A stretch of DNA of 64,000 nucleotides from contig CALAUG010000060.1 in the NCBI GenBank assembly GCA_937892155.1, forward strand, positions 3,931 to 67,930, read 5' to 3'. The position numbers and the translations under genes are program-made. The notes below the pieces were generated by a model, which worked only from the letters and a program-made list of their open reading frames with translations, made no database searches and was not told the DNA's origin. Positions 24,846 through 34,491 of the stretch are shown here, one piece after another. Numbering within the stretch: position 1 is the stretch's first letter; the number at the start of each line of letters is the position of its first letter. Source of the DNA: an uncultured Bacteroidales bacterium. Lineage in GTDB: Bacteria; Bacteroidota; Bacteroidia; Bacteroidales; UBA1715.

Positions 24846-25484
24846 ATGAAACGTTTAATGGTAATTTTAGCAATTGTATGTAGCTCAGCTCATCTATTTG
24901 CATCAGAATTAGTTGTAAAAGGGAACATCGACGCACCTTTTTCAGTTTTCATCAATGGTGAAAAATATTATTCTTATAACAAAAAAGTAAATGTTGGTTA
25001 CTTGCCAAGCGGAAGATACGGTATGGAAATTTACACAGAAGGTAACGCTTACGAACTACTTTACGATTATACAATTGACATCCCTCGTAACACGACAGTT
25101 TACGCAACATTCACAAATGACAATAAGATGTATATTTCAACTGTAAAGGATGCTCCTGCTGTAGTAATAGATTTAACTCCATATCCAAGAAGAGTTGTCG
25201 TTCCTGCGCCAAGACCAGTTTATCACGCAGCGCCAAAACCTGCACCTCGCCATGTGGCACCTGCTCCTAGACCAGCTCCACATCACGTTGCACCGAAACC
25301 TGCTCCTCACAAAGCAGCTCCTGCACCAAAGCCTGCACCTCATCATGCAGCTCCAGCGCCGAAGCCAGCTCCAAAGGACAATCACAAGGCTGCTCCAGCA
25401 CCGAAACCTGCTCCAAAGAGCAATGCTGCAAGACCTGCACCGACTAAAAATACGGGCAGAAGCACGCCAGAAACAAGAAGATAA
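24846..25484 (+). CDS. secreted protein with a Pro/Ala/His/Lys-rich repetitive C-terminal half
   Basis: 212 aa with a signal peptide (MKRLMVILAIVCSSAHLFA), an ~85-aa beta-rich domain, then repeats of the type APAPKPAPHH(A/V)AP. Confidence 0.7.
   Translation: MKRLMVILAIVCSSAHLFASELVVKGNIDAPFSVFINGEKYYSYNKKVNVGYLPSGRYGMEIYTEGNAYELLYDYTIDIPRNTTVYATFTNDNKMYISTVKDAPAVVIDLTPYPRRVVVPAPRPVYHAAPKPAPRHVAPAPRPAPHHVAPKPAPHKAAPAPKPAPHHAAPAPKPAPKDNHKAAPAPKPAPKSNAARPAPTKNTGRSTPETRR
25182..25446 (+). repeat. degenerate in-frame tandem repeat encoding (A/V)P(A/K)P(K/R)PAPHH-type units
   Basis: Visible periodicity cctgcacc / aaacctgc / ccagctcc. It generates spurious long ORFs in other frames and on the opposite strand. 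Confidence 0.7.
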
Positions 25485-25510
25485 ACTCCGTTTTTATATA
25501 TTTGACTGGT

Positions 25511-25545
25511 CCCGGTAAGATGTAAATGCTTATCGGGATTTTTTA
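25511..25545. terminator. bidirectional rho-independent terminator between convergent genes
   Basis: CCCGGTAAG-(9 nt)-CTTATCGGG stem (one G-U pair) followed by ATTTTTTAT. It lies between the stop of the repeat protein gene and the xth stop. Confidence 0.6.
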
Positions 25546-26304
25546 TGCCAACTCAACTACTATAGGACAATGATCGGAACAATTCAATTCCGGAATAATG
25601 CGGGCATTTGTCATTTTTTTTGCCAAATCTGTGCTAACCATGTGATAGTCAATGCGCCAACCTAAATTCTTCGGCTTGCATCCACCACGATAGCTCCACC
25701 AGGAATATTGTTCTGGTTGAGTATTAAATTGACGGAAACTATCGACAAAACCACTTGCGACAAATCTGTCCATCCATTCACGTTCGTTCGGCAAAAAACC
25801 AGAAACATCTTCATGTTTTTCAGGATGATTGATGTCTATCGGTTTGTGACAAATATTGTAATCGCCCGAAATAATAATATTCGGATGTGTTTTGCGAAGC
25901 TCATTGGTATAATTCAAAACCAACTCCAAATATTCCTCTTTTTTCTCCTGACGAACATCGCCCGAAGTTCCCGAAGGGAAATACGAATTTATCAATGTGA
26001 AATCATCAAAATCTAAACGAAGAAAACGACCTTCGGCATCGAAAAATTCATTTCCTATTCCTTTTACGACTTGTTTCGGATGAATTTTCGTGAACGTTGC
26101 AACACCACTGTATCCTTTTTTCTCGGCTGCGAACCAATAAATTTCGTATCCAAACATACGCAGCATATCAACATCAACTTGTTCTTGCATTGCCTTTGTT
26201 TCTTGAATATGGATAACATCGGGCATTTCTGTTTCGAACCATTCCATAAACCCCTTCGTCATTGCCGCACGAATTCCGTTTACATTGTATGAAATAATCT
26301 TCAT
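25543..26304 (-). CDS. xth: exodeoxyribonuclease III
   Basis: MKIISYNVNGIRAA start, IQETK, and a C-terminal SDHCPIVVEL. The start is chosen at the fourth Met of the track ORF. Confidence 0.9.
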   Translation of the reverse strand: MKIISYNVNGIRAAMTKGFMEWFETEMPDVIHIQETKAMQEQVDVDMLRMFGYEIYWFAAEKKGYSGVATFTKIHPKQVVKGIGNEFFDAEGRFLRLDFDDFTLINSYFPSGTSGDVRQEKKEEYLELVLNYTNELRKTHPNIIISGDYNICHKPIDINHPEKHEDVSGFLPNEREWMDRFVASGFVDSFRQFNTQPEQYSWWSYRGGCKPKNLGWRIDYHMVSTDLAKKMTNARIIPELNCSDHCPIVVELA

Positions 26305-26319
26305 AGACATCATTTTTTA

Positions 26320-26327
26320 CAAAAATA
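26320..26327 (-). promoter_or_regulatory. putative -7 promoter box for xth
   Basis: Minus-strand TATTTTTG, 16 nt upstream of the ATG at 26304. Confidence 0.35.
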
Positions 26328-26484
26328 AATTAAATACAGATACCTCCTGCAAAAGATTGTAAATCTCTCTTGTAGAGAAAAACAGAATTTAGGAATGTAA
26401 ATCACAAGCTTTTTGTGTTTACATCTTTTGCATCTTGACTCTTATTTCTTGAATCTTTTCATTTTTTGTTCTTTGCTTTCTAAC

Positions 26485-26492
26485 TATATTTG
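26485..26492 (+). promoter_or_regulatory. putative -7 promoter box
   Basis: TATATTTG, 26 nt upstream of the ATG at 26518. Confidence 0.4.
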
Positions 26493-26517
26493 CATAGAAT
26501 CTATTGAAAATCAAACT

Positions 26518-26934
26518 ATGGCAAAAATCGAGCTAACCGACAAACAATTTCAGGATTTACTACAACTGGCATATATGGGAGAATGGGTTCTTCAAGCATA
26601 CGAACCTGCGCCAAATGCCGGCGACATTGATGCTTTGGAACAAAATCTTTACGAAAGTGCTTATCGTCAAGGCAACGACGACATTGAATTTGACAAAAAA
26701 TTGGGTGGCTATGTTCCTTGCCCGGAATTTGAGGAAGATTGCGACAAATTGATTGAGCAATACGACGAACATACTTTTTGGGAAGAATTGATTATCCGTA
26801 TGGCCAACCGCGATTTACAAAAAATGGGCGGTGATAAACTTTCTCCAAAAGATTTTGAGAAAAAGCAAAACGAACTCATTCAAAAATACGAGAAAGAATT
26901 CGCCCAAAACGGTCTCAATAATCTAAAAATCTAA
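26518..26934 (+). CDS. hypothetical acidic cytoplasmic protein
   Basis: 138 aa starting at MAKIELTDKQ. The track extension from 26413 covers the promoter region and is rejected. Confidence 0.55.
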   Translation: MAKIELTDKQFQDLLQLAYMGEWVLQAYEPAPNAGDIDALEQNLYESAYRQGNDDIEFDKKLGGYVPCPEFEEDCDKLIEQYDEHTFWEELIIRMANRDLQKMGGDKLSPKDFEKKQNELIQKYEKEFAQNGLNNLKI

Positions 26935-26963
26935 TAACAGACAACCGAAATCCGACAACTCTA

Positions 26964-27896
26964 ATGAAAGGCCTCGTACTCAAATCAACAGGAAACAATT
27001 ACAAAGTCAAAGACGAAAACGGGAACATTATAGACTGTCGTATTAAAGGGAAATTGCGGTTGAAAGGTGTTAGAAGCACCAATCCGATTGCCGTCGGCGA
27101 CAATGTGTTTTTTGATTTTGAAAACGAAACTTCAGGATTGATTACCGACATTGCCGACAGAAAAAACTACATAATACGTAAAGCGTCAAATCTTTCAAAG
27201 GAATCACAGATTATTGCCGCAAACGTCGATATGGCTTACATTGTAGTTACAATCCATTCACCACAAACATTGTTGCAATTCATTGATAGATTTTTAGTTA
27301 CGGCCGAAGCCTACGGAATTCCGTGTACAATTCTTATCAACAAATATGATTTGTTTCAATCTGCAGAAGATCAGCAAATTATAGCAGAATGGAAAGAGAT
27401 TTATCGTCTTGCTGGCTACGATATTCTTTGTATTTCCACGAAAACAGGAGAAAATATCGACGAATTAAAACATCGCCTTGCAGAAAAAATTTCGGTTTTG
27501 TCGGGAAATTCTGGAGTTGGGAAAACATCTATTATCCAAGCAGTTACAAATCAAACAGAGTTAAAAATTTCGGAAATTTCAAAATCCTTTCACAAAGGGC
27601 AACACACAACGACTTTTGCCGAAATGTACGAAACCGAAAACAATGGCGCAATAATCGATACTCCAGGCGTGAAAGCATTTGGTTTACTTGATATGAAAAG
27701 CGAAGAAATCAGCCAATATTTTCCAGAAATTTTCAAATATTCGTCCGATTGCCAATTCTACAACTGCACACACTCACATGAGCCAAAATGCAATGTGATT
27801 AAAGCCGTAGAAGAAGGGAAAATCGCAATCAGCCGTTACGAACATTACCTTACGTTTATGGACGACAAAAACGTAAAGCACAGAGAAGCGCAGTAA
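26964..27896 (+). CDS. rsgA: ribosome small-subunit-dependent GTPase A
   Basis: 310 aa with an OB-fold N-terminus, circularly permuted GTPase motifs (NKYD ... GNSGVGKTS), and a C-terminal zinc cluster CQFYNCTHSHEPKC. Confidence 0.9.
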   Translation: MKGLVLKSTGNNYKVKDENGNIIDCRIKGKLRLKGVRSTNPIAVGDNVFFDFENETSGLITDIADRKNYIIRKASNLSKESQIIAANVDMAYIVVTIHSPQTLLQFIDRFLVTAEAYGIPCTILINKYDLFQSAEDQQIIAEWKEIYRLAGYDILCISTKTGENIDELKHRLAEKISVLSGNSGVGKTSIIQAVTNQTELKISEISKSFHKGQHTTTFAEMYETENNGAIIDTPGVKAFGLLDMKSEEISQYFPEIFKYSSDCQFYNCTHSHEPKCNVIKAVEEGKIAISRYEHYLTFMDDKNVKHREAQ

Positions 27897-27992
27897 AAAG
27901 TTTTCAAATTCCAGAATTCAGGTATCAGAACGATGGACGATGCGTAACTAAACATTTTATAACGGCAGAACGCAAAATTTCCCATTTTTTTA

Positions 27993-28000
27993 TACATTTG
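27993..28000 (+). promoter_or_regulatory. putative -7 promoter box for efp
   Basis: TACATTTG, 36 nt upstream of the ATG at 28036. Confidence 0.4.
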
Positions 28001-28035
28001 CGTAAGTTTCAGTAATAGAATTTAAAAATTATAGT

Positions 28036-28599
28036 ATGATTAACTCTCAAGACATTAAGAAAGGTGTTGCTATCCGTATGGATGGTAAAATTTACGTATG
28101 TATAGATTTCTTACACGTAAAACCAGGTAAGGGGAACACCATTATGCGTACAACTTTGAAAGATGTGATAACAGGTCGTGTGTTGGAACGTCGCTTTAAT
28201 ATTGGTGAAAAATTGGAAGATGTTCGTGTTGAGCACCGTCCATATCAATATTTGTATCAAGAAGGAACTGATTATGTGTTCATGAACCAAGAAACATTTG
28301 AACAAATCAATGTAATGCACGATTTGATTACAGGTGTTGATTTTATGAAAGAAGGCGATATTGTTGATGCTGTTTTTGATGCATCTACAGAAACGTTGTT
28401 ATTCGCAGAAATGCCACAGATGGTAGTTCTTGAAGTTACCTACACAGAACCTGGTGTTAAAGGTGATACAGCAACTAACGCAATGAAACCTGCAACTGTT
28501 GAAACTGGTGCTGAAGTTCGCGTTCCTTTATTCATCAATGCTGGCGAAAAAATTAAAATTGATACAACTGACGGTTCATACAAAGAACGTGTAAAATAA
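28036..28599 (+). CDS. efp: elongation factor P
   Basis: 187 aa with the typical EF-P N-terminus (DIKKGVAIRMDGKIYVCIDFLHVKPGKGNTIMRTTLKDV). Confidence 0.92.
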   Translation: MINSQDIKKGVAIRMDGKIYVCIDFLHVKPGKGNTIMRTTLKDVITGRVLERRFNIGEKLEDVRVEHRPYQYLYQEGTDYVFMNQETFEQINVMHDLITGVDFMKEGDIVDAVFDASTETLLFAEMPQMVVLEVTYTEPGVKGDTATNAMKPATVETGAEVRVPLFINAGEKIKIDTTDGSYKERVK

Positions 28600-28611
28600 T
28601 CATGATTTGCC

Positions 28612-29847
28612 ATGTGTTTATACAACCGACAAAAATTGCAGCTGGCAGAGTTTAAGCTCAATTCTTTGTTGGAAATAACACAAGCAATCAACGCAAATCG
28701 TTCGGCCCACGACTTGTTGGAAAAGTATCGGGAAATTCTTTGTGACGGTTTGAATGTTGGAACATTAGTAGTATTTTCCGTTACTCAAGGATGGAAAAAA
28801 CTATTACAAGTTGGTCTTTCAGAAGATTATGGGAATGACGCTGATGAAATTTCATCAGCGTTATTATTTTATACGGAAATCACAAAGTTTCCGAAACACA
28901 AAGACAAACTTTTTGCGCATTTTGACGTCATTATTCCTGTTTATCACAAAAGAGAACCTCTGGCATACGTATTACTCGGTCAGATTGAAAGTAGCAACAT
29001 ATTCTTTAAAAAGAAATCCTTTGTCGAACATCTACGAGTCATTCAAATACTGACGAATATCGTAGTCGTTGCATTAGAGAATAAAAGATTGTACCGAAAA
29101 GCACTAGAACAGGAATCGTTAAAAAAAGAATTGGAAGTAGCATCAAATTTACAAGCAATGCTCATTCCGTCGGATGATTCTTTACCTCAAAACGACTATA
29201 TAAAAATTGCTTCATTTTACCAACCGCACTCAATGGTAGGTGGCGATTACTATGATTTTATGCAGTTAAACGAATCCGAATTTGGATTTTGTATTGCCGA
29301 TGTTTCAGGTAAAGGAATTTCTGCTGCAATTTTGATGTCGAATTTCCAAGCAAATCTTCGCATTTTATTCAAGAGAAATATACCACTTATCAACCTCGTC
29401 AAAGAACTGAATCAAAACGTTAATCAAAGTTCCAAAGGCGATAGATTTGTGACGTTTTTCATCGGCAAATATGATTGTAACAATCATACACTGCATTATA
29501 TCAACGCAGGACACAATCCTCCCCTGCTTTTGCATAGAAGCATATCAAAATTAAGCTATTTAACAGAAGGATGCGTTGGTTTAGGAATGTTAGAAGAAAT
29601 TCCAACCATCAGCGTTGGTTCAGTACACATTAATTCGGGAGATTCGCTTATTTGCTACACTGATGGACTTGTGGAAGCAGAAAACTGCAAAGGCGAACCA
29701 TTTGGGACCATCCCAATTGAAGGAGCCATGACAATTGATGGAAATGCGGACGACATTGTATTCACAATACGTAAGGAATTAGAAGAATTTCTTGGATTAG
29801 AATCAGTAACCGACGACGTGTCAATTATGGGCGTTGATTTCCTATAG
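28612..29847 (+). CDS. PP2C-family (SpoIIE/RsbU-like) serine phosphatase with an N-terminal GAF-like sensor region
   Basis: 411 aa with VGGDYYDF, CIADVSGKGISAA and TDGLVEA motifs in the C-terminal half. Confidence 0.8.
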   Translation: MCLYNRQKLQLAEFKLNSLLEITQAINANRSAHDLLEKYREILCDGLNVGTLVVFSVTQGWKKLLQVGLSEDYGNDADEISSALLFYTEITKFPKHKDKLFAHFDVIIPVYHKREPLAYVLLGQIESSNIFFKKKSFVEHLRVIQILTNIVVVALENKRLYRKALEQESLKKELEVASNLQAMLIPSDDSLPQNDYIKIASFYQPHSMVGGDYYDFMQLNESEFGFCIADVSGKGISAAILMSNFQANLRILFKRNIPLINLVKELNQNVNQSSKGDRFVTFFIGKYDCNNHTLHYINAGHNPPLLLHRSISKLSYLTEGCVGLGMLEEIPTISVGSVHINSGDSLICYTDGLVEAENCKGEPFGTIPIEGAMTIDGNADDIVFTIRKELEEFLGLESVTDDVSIMGVDFL

Positions 29848-29922
29848 ATAGTTACGAACAAAAAAACATCTATTAACTTTTAGTTCTTAGTCCTTAAATC
29901 TTAGTTATTTCATATAAATTTA

Positions 29923-29930
29923 TACATTTG
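29923..29930 (+). promoter_or_regulatory. putative -7 promoter box for the GT2 gene
   Basis: TACATTTG, 24 nt upstream of the ATG at 29954. Confidence 0.4.
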
Positions 29931-29953
29931 TATAGGAATAAAATTCTGCATTT

Positions 29954-30892
29954 ATGCAAATATCTATAGTTGTTTCACTTTTAAACGAAGAAGAGTCATT
30001 ACGGGAACTTATGGAATGGATTCATAAGGTGATGACGGAAAACAATTTTTCGTACGAAGTTATCTTTATTGATGACGGAAGTACAGACAATTCTTGGAAT
30101 GTAATTACTGAATTATCGCAGTCATACGAACAAATTAAAGCAATCAAATTCCGTAGAAATTATGGTAAATCTGCGGGGTTGTATAAAGGCTTTGAAAAAG
30201 CGGAAGGTGACGTAGTAATCACAATGGATGCAGATCTGCAAGATAGTCCTGACGAAATACCTGAATTATATAGAATGATTACTGAAGAAGGTTATGACCT
30301 TGTTTCAGGCTGGAAAAAGAAACGCTATGATCCGGTTCTAACCAAAAATCTTCCTAGCAAACTATACAATGCAACGGTTCGTTTAATGTCGGGTATAAAA
30401 CTTCATGATTTTAACTGTGGTTTAAAAGCATACAAGAAGAAAGTAGTTAAAAGTGTGGAAGTTTATGGTGAAATGCACCGTTACATTCCTGTACTTGCCA
30501 AATGGGCTGGATTTAAGAACATTGGGGAAAAAGTTGTACTCCACCAAGAGCGCAAATATGGTGTATCAAAATTTGGTATAGAACGTTTTATTCGTGGGCC
30601 ACTGGATTTAATGTCGGTAATGTTTATTTCTCGCTTTAGTAAACGTCCGATGCACTTTTTTGGCTCTATTGGATTAATAAATTTCATAGTTGGCTTTGTC
30701 ATACTCATATATTTGTCGTATATGAAATTTGTTCATTTACAATACAATATGACGCAAAGACCCTTGTTTTACCTTGGAATTGTTTGTCTCATTTTAGGGA
30801 CTCAGTTATTCCTTACTGGATTTTTAGCAGAATTAATTTCACGTTCTTCTTCAAATAGAAACGAATACCTTTGTGATGATTTTATAAATTAA
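29954..30892 (+). CDS. family 2 glycosyltransferase (polyprenol-phosphate glycosyltransferase type)
   Basis: 312 aa with ISIVVSLLNEEE, IFIDDGSTD and MDADLQD (DxD), plus two C-terminal transmembrane helices. Confidence 0.8.
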   Translation: MQISIVVSLLNEEESLRELMEWIHKVMTENNFSYEVIFIDDGSTDNSWNVITELSQSYEQIKAIKFRRNYGKSAGLYKGFEKAEGDVVITMDADLQDSPDEIPELYRMITEEGYDLVSGWKKKRYDPVLTKNLPSKLYNATVRLMSGIKLHDFNCGLKAYKKKVVKSVEVYGEMHRYIPVLAKWAGFKNIGEKVVLHQERKYGVSKFGIERFIRGPLDLMSVMFISRFSKRPMHFFGSIGLINFIVGFVILIYLSYMKFVHLQYNMTQRPLFYLGIVCLILGTQLFLTGFLAELISRSSSNRNEYLCDDFIN

Positions 30893-30897
30893 TTGCT

Positions 30898-32211
30898 ATG
30901 GACTTTACTATCAAGACATTAGGACCTTGCAAAATCAAATCGCCCTTACTACTTTCAAAAGAAAAAGATGACGGCATCTACAATTATGTTGAAGACGGTG
31001 CCAGAGTGCTATATTCATCTTCTGTCGAAGAAGTTGAACATTGTATAAAAAACAATCTTCCTTTGGATTCCTTTGAAAAACCAGGTCCGAAAGAGTTTAT
31101 TTATTTTGATCCATCAAAGGCAAAAGTTGCCATTATAACCTGTGGAGGACTCTGCCCTGGATTGAATAACGTTATTCGTGGATTAGTGACACATTTGTGG
31201 AATCGTTACGGGGTTACCAACATTGTTGGTATTCAGTATGGATATGCAGGGTTGAATCCTGACAGCAAAATTCCATTCGTTAAACTTGACCCTGACATTG
31301 TTGACGACATACACAAAGATGGCGGTTCAATGCTTGGTTCTTCACGTGGTGAACAAAACATAGAAACCGTTGTTGACACATTGGAGCGCAACAATATCAA
31401 TATTTTGTTCTGCGTCGGTGGTGACGGAACATTGCGTGGAGCGCACGCTATTTATAAAGAAATCACAAAACGAGGGCTAAAAATATCTGTTGCAGGCGTT
31501 CCTAAGACAATAGACAACGATATTAATTACATTGACAAATCCTTCGGATTCGAATCTGCATTTGCTGCAGCACAGTCAATTATTTTGAATGCGCACTATG
31601 AAGCTAAAGGCGCACAAAATGGTGTCGCATTGATAAAATTAATGGGACGTGATTCTGGATTTATCGCAGCAAGCACTGCTTTGGCCGTACCAGATGTAAA
31701 CTTCTGTTTAATTCCAGAGATGGAATTTTCTCTAGAAAATGACAAAGGAACCGGTTTCTTGAACGTTTTGGAAAAACGTCTTGAAAAGAAAAGCCACGCT
31801 GTTGTTGTCGTTGCTGAAGGTGCAGGACAAGAATTTTTTAAAGGAGAAAGAAAAAAAGATGCGTCAGGCAACATCCTTCACGAAGACATAGGTGTTTATT
31901 TGAAGAATCAAATAACCGATTACTTCAAAGGGAAAAACATCCCTATTTGTGTTAAGTATATTGATCCTAGCTACATTATTAGAAGTATACCAGCCAACGC
32001 AAACGATAGCAAATTCTGTGAACAATTGACACACTGTGCCGTCCACGCTGCAATGGCTGGGCGTACAGACTTCGTTGTTGGGAACTGGAATGGTTCATTC
32101 ACTTTGTTACCAATTGAAGCAGCAACAGCACAACGTAAAAAAGTAAATCTGGAAGGAGAATTCTGGTGGAGCGTTGTTGAAGCAACAGGTCAACCAATGA
32201 ATATGAAATAA
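30898..32211 (+). CDS. pfkA: 6-phosphofructokinase (long, ATP-dependent-like clade)
   Basis: 437 aa with CGGLCPGLNN, GGDGTLRGA, PKTIDNDI and MGRDSGF motifs. Confidence 0.85.
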   Translation: MDFTIKTLGPCKIKSPLLLSKEKDDGIYNYVEDGARVLYSSSVEEVEHCIKNNLPLDSFEKPGPKEFIYFDPSKAKVAIITCGGLCPGLNNVIRGLVTHLWNRYGVTNIVGIQYGYAGLNPDSKIPFVKLDPDIVDDIHKDGGSMLGSSRGEQNIETVVDTLERNNINILFCVGGDGTLRGAHAIYKEITKRGLKISVAGVPKTIDNDINYIDKSFGFESAFAAAQSIILNAHYEAKGAQNGVALIKLMGRDSGFIAASTALAVPDVNFCLIPEMEFSLENDKGTGFLNVLEKRLEKKSHAVVVVAEGAGQEFFKGERKKDASGNILHEDIGVYLKNQITDYFKGKNIPICVKYIDPSYIIRSIPANANDSKFCEQLTHCAVHAAMAGRTDFVVGNWNGSFTLLPIEAATAQRKKVNLEGEFWWSVVEATGQPMNMK

Positions 32212-33039
32212 ATGTCTGAACGTCACTACAATATTGGAATTTTTGATTCAGGATTCGGAGGATTATCAATATTAAAAGAAATTCGCAATATTCTTCCTGA
32301 ATATTCCTATATATATTTAGGTGACAATGCCCGTGCACCATACGGCACACGATCATTCGAAACAGTTTATCGCTATACATTACAAGCTGTAACGAAGTTG
32401 TTTGACATGGATTGTGGTCTTGTTATCATTGCCTGTAACACGGCTTCTGCAAAGGCATTAAGAAATATTCAACAACAAGATTTGCACAAATTTGGTACAG
32501 AAAAACGAGTCCTCGGAATTATCCGTCCTTGTACCGAAATAGCCAATACCTTCACCCAAAACAATAATTTGGGAATAGTTGCAACTAAAGGAACTGTTAC
32601 TTCCCAATCGTATGAGATAGAAATTAAAAAATTCTTTCCTGAGATTAAAATATCGTCACACGCCTGCCCTATGTGGGTTCCCATTGTAGAAAATGGAGAA
32701 TACGATTCCGATGGTGCTGATTTTTTTGTTCAGAAAGAAATAAATGCTTTGTTAAACGAAAATCCAGATATTGACGCACTATTGTTGGGGTGTACCCACT
32801 ACCCATTGTTGTTACCTAAAATTCGCAAATATTTACCTAAGCATATTGCAATTGTACAACAAGGAGAAATTGTAGCAAAAAGTCTTCAAACGTATTTGCA
32901 AAGACATTCAGACCTTGAATCACTGTTAAAGAAAGACGGTTCCATACAATTTTTCACGACCGATTCAAGTGATTCATTCAATGCCATTGGCAGCCATTTT
33001 CTAAACAAAGAAATTGAATCACAGCAAATTACACTCTAA
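32212..33039 (+). CDS. murI: glutamate racemase
   Basis: 275 aa with IFDSGFGGLS, ACNTAS and GCTHYP motifs. Confidence 0.92.
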   Translation: MSERHYNIGIFDSGFGGLSILKEIRNILPEYSYIYLGDNARAPYGTRSFETVYRYTLQAVTKLFDMDCGLVIIACNTASAKALRNIQQQDLHKFGTEKRVLGIIRPCTEIANTFTQNNNLGIVATKGTVTSQSYEIEIKKFFPEIKISSHACPMWVPIVENGEYDSDGADFFVQKEINALLNENPDIDALLLGCTHYPLLLPKIRKYLPKHIAIVQQGEIVAKSLQTYLQRHSDLESLLKKDGSIQFFTTDSSDSFNAIGSHFLNKEIESQQITL

Positions 33040-33833
33040 TGGAACAAGCACAAAAGAAAATATTTTTTGCGTCCGATTTCCATTTAGGATATCCTGATGA
33101 GCAACAATCGAAAGAAAGGGAGCAACTTATCCTTGCTTGGTTGGACGAAATCAGACCTGAATGCCAAGAATTATATTTGTTAGGAGACATCTTTGATTTT
33201 TGGTTTGAGTACAAATATGTTGCTCCCAAAGGATACATACGATTTCTGCACAAACTTATAGAATTTACAGAATCGGGAATTCCTGTCAACATTTTTAGAG
33301 GTAACCACGATATGTGGTACAAAGATTATCTAACCAAAGAAATTGGCGTTACCATTTATGATGAACCTCAGATACGAGAATATTTTGGTAAGAAACTCTA
33401 TATTCATCACGGCCATGCCTTAGGGAAATACGATTCCGGCATGAACTTCCTCAATGCAATATTCAGCAACAAGGTATTACAATTTCTATTTTCCTTTGTG
33501 CCTACAAACTGGGCTTACGGATTTGGATTTGCGTGGTCAAGACATAATAGAAAAAAACGTGCAGAACGGAGTCCTGAAAAACAATTGCCGCAATACTGCG
33601 GAGATGACAAAGAATATTTGGTTCTGTACGCCAAGGATGTATTAAAAAAAGAGTTTTACGACTATTTTATATTTGCACATCGTCACGTTGCGACAAATAG
33701 AGAAATTGCGCCAAACACCAGATATATTAACTTGGGCAACTGGATTTGGAATTCAACCTATGCAGTTTTATCGGAAGACGGTACATTGGAAGTACGCTCA
33801 TACAAAGGTAACGATCCCATCGTCGGAGATTAA
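33039..33833 (+). CDS. lpxH: UDP-2,3-diacylglucosamine diphosphatase
   Basis: 264 aa with SDFHLG, LGDIFDFWFEYK, GNHDMW and HGH motifs. Confidence 0.85.
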   Translation: MEQAQKKIFFASDFHLGYPDEQQSKEREQLILAWLDEIRPECQELYLLGDIFDFWFEYKYVAPKGYIRFLHKLIEFTESGIPVNIFRGNHDMWYKDYLTKEIGVTIYDEPQIREYFGKKLYIHHGHALGKYDSGMNFLNAIFSNKVLQFLFSFVPTNWAYGFGFAWSRHNRKKRAERSPEKQLPQYCGDDKEYLVLYAKDVLKKEFYDYFIFAHRHVATNREIAPNTRYINLGNWIWNSTYAVLSEDGTLEVRSYKGNDPIVGD

Positions 33834-34486
33834 AAATCCATAGTAAATTTTACTCCCGACGGCAATGGCGACGGAGCAGCACAACTTACAGGGGTATAAT
33901 AAAACGAAGGTTCCCAACGCAAAGACAAATCATCCGAAACATCAAATTCAAACAAATGTGCCTCCGTATATGCATCAAGAATATTGATTAAATACCATAC
34001 ACCCACGCCAATTATACACAAATCGCGATACTTTCTATAAAAGTCCCGACCCTGTTGAACATTCACAGGAGAATAATTTCCTTCACCACGAACAACGAGC
34101 ACCGTATCTGTTGGAGGAAGTAAACCTTGCTCCAAATATGGATTTCTATAGTTATCGTACGCAGTTTTAAACGATTTGTAATAATCCTGATAGAAATACA
34201 ATCCGTAACTTAAACCTGCAAAACCAGCATATACTATCGGCGTTTTCCACCACGAACCATTATAAATTTGACCAGCGCCAGGTATAAAAGTAGACAGCAA
34301 AGACGCCGTTTTAGGGGAATGTTTTTTTTCTACGGCAGATGAATCGGAAGACAGACTATCCAGACCTATAATTTCAGCATCCTGGACTACATTTTGAGGC
34401 ATTTCGTTGTTTTCCAAAGAATCCATTTGTGCTGACGAAACAACTGCCAACACGCAACAGACACACCAGAGAAACAATTTACGCAT
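33830..34486 (-). CDS. DUF5683-domain protein
   Basis: 218 aa with a signal peptide and the PGAGQIYNGSWWKTPIVYAGFAG motif. It sits downstream of parB, as is common in Bacteroidota. Confidence 0.7.
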   Translation of the reverse strand: MRKLFLWCVCCVLAVVSSAQMDSLENNEMPQNVVQDAEIIGLDSLSSDSSAVEKKHSPKTASLLSTFIPGAGQIYNGSWWKTPIVYAGFAGLSYGLYFYQDYYKSFKTAYDNYRNPYLEQGLLPPTDTVLVVRGEGNYSPVNVQQGRDFYRKYRDLCIIGVGVWYLINILDAYTEAHLFEFDVSDDLSLRWEPSFYYTPVSCAAPSPLPSGVKFTMDF

Positions 34487-34491
34487 TACAA

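Noticed and set aside
25173-25518. Long ORFs in alternative frames and on the opposite strand across the Pro-rich repeat (70 aa on minus, 107 aa on plus)
   Set aside because: They are created by the repetitive, stop-poor cctgc/ccagc repeat. Only the frame with a signal peptide and an upstream SD is credible.
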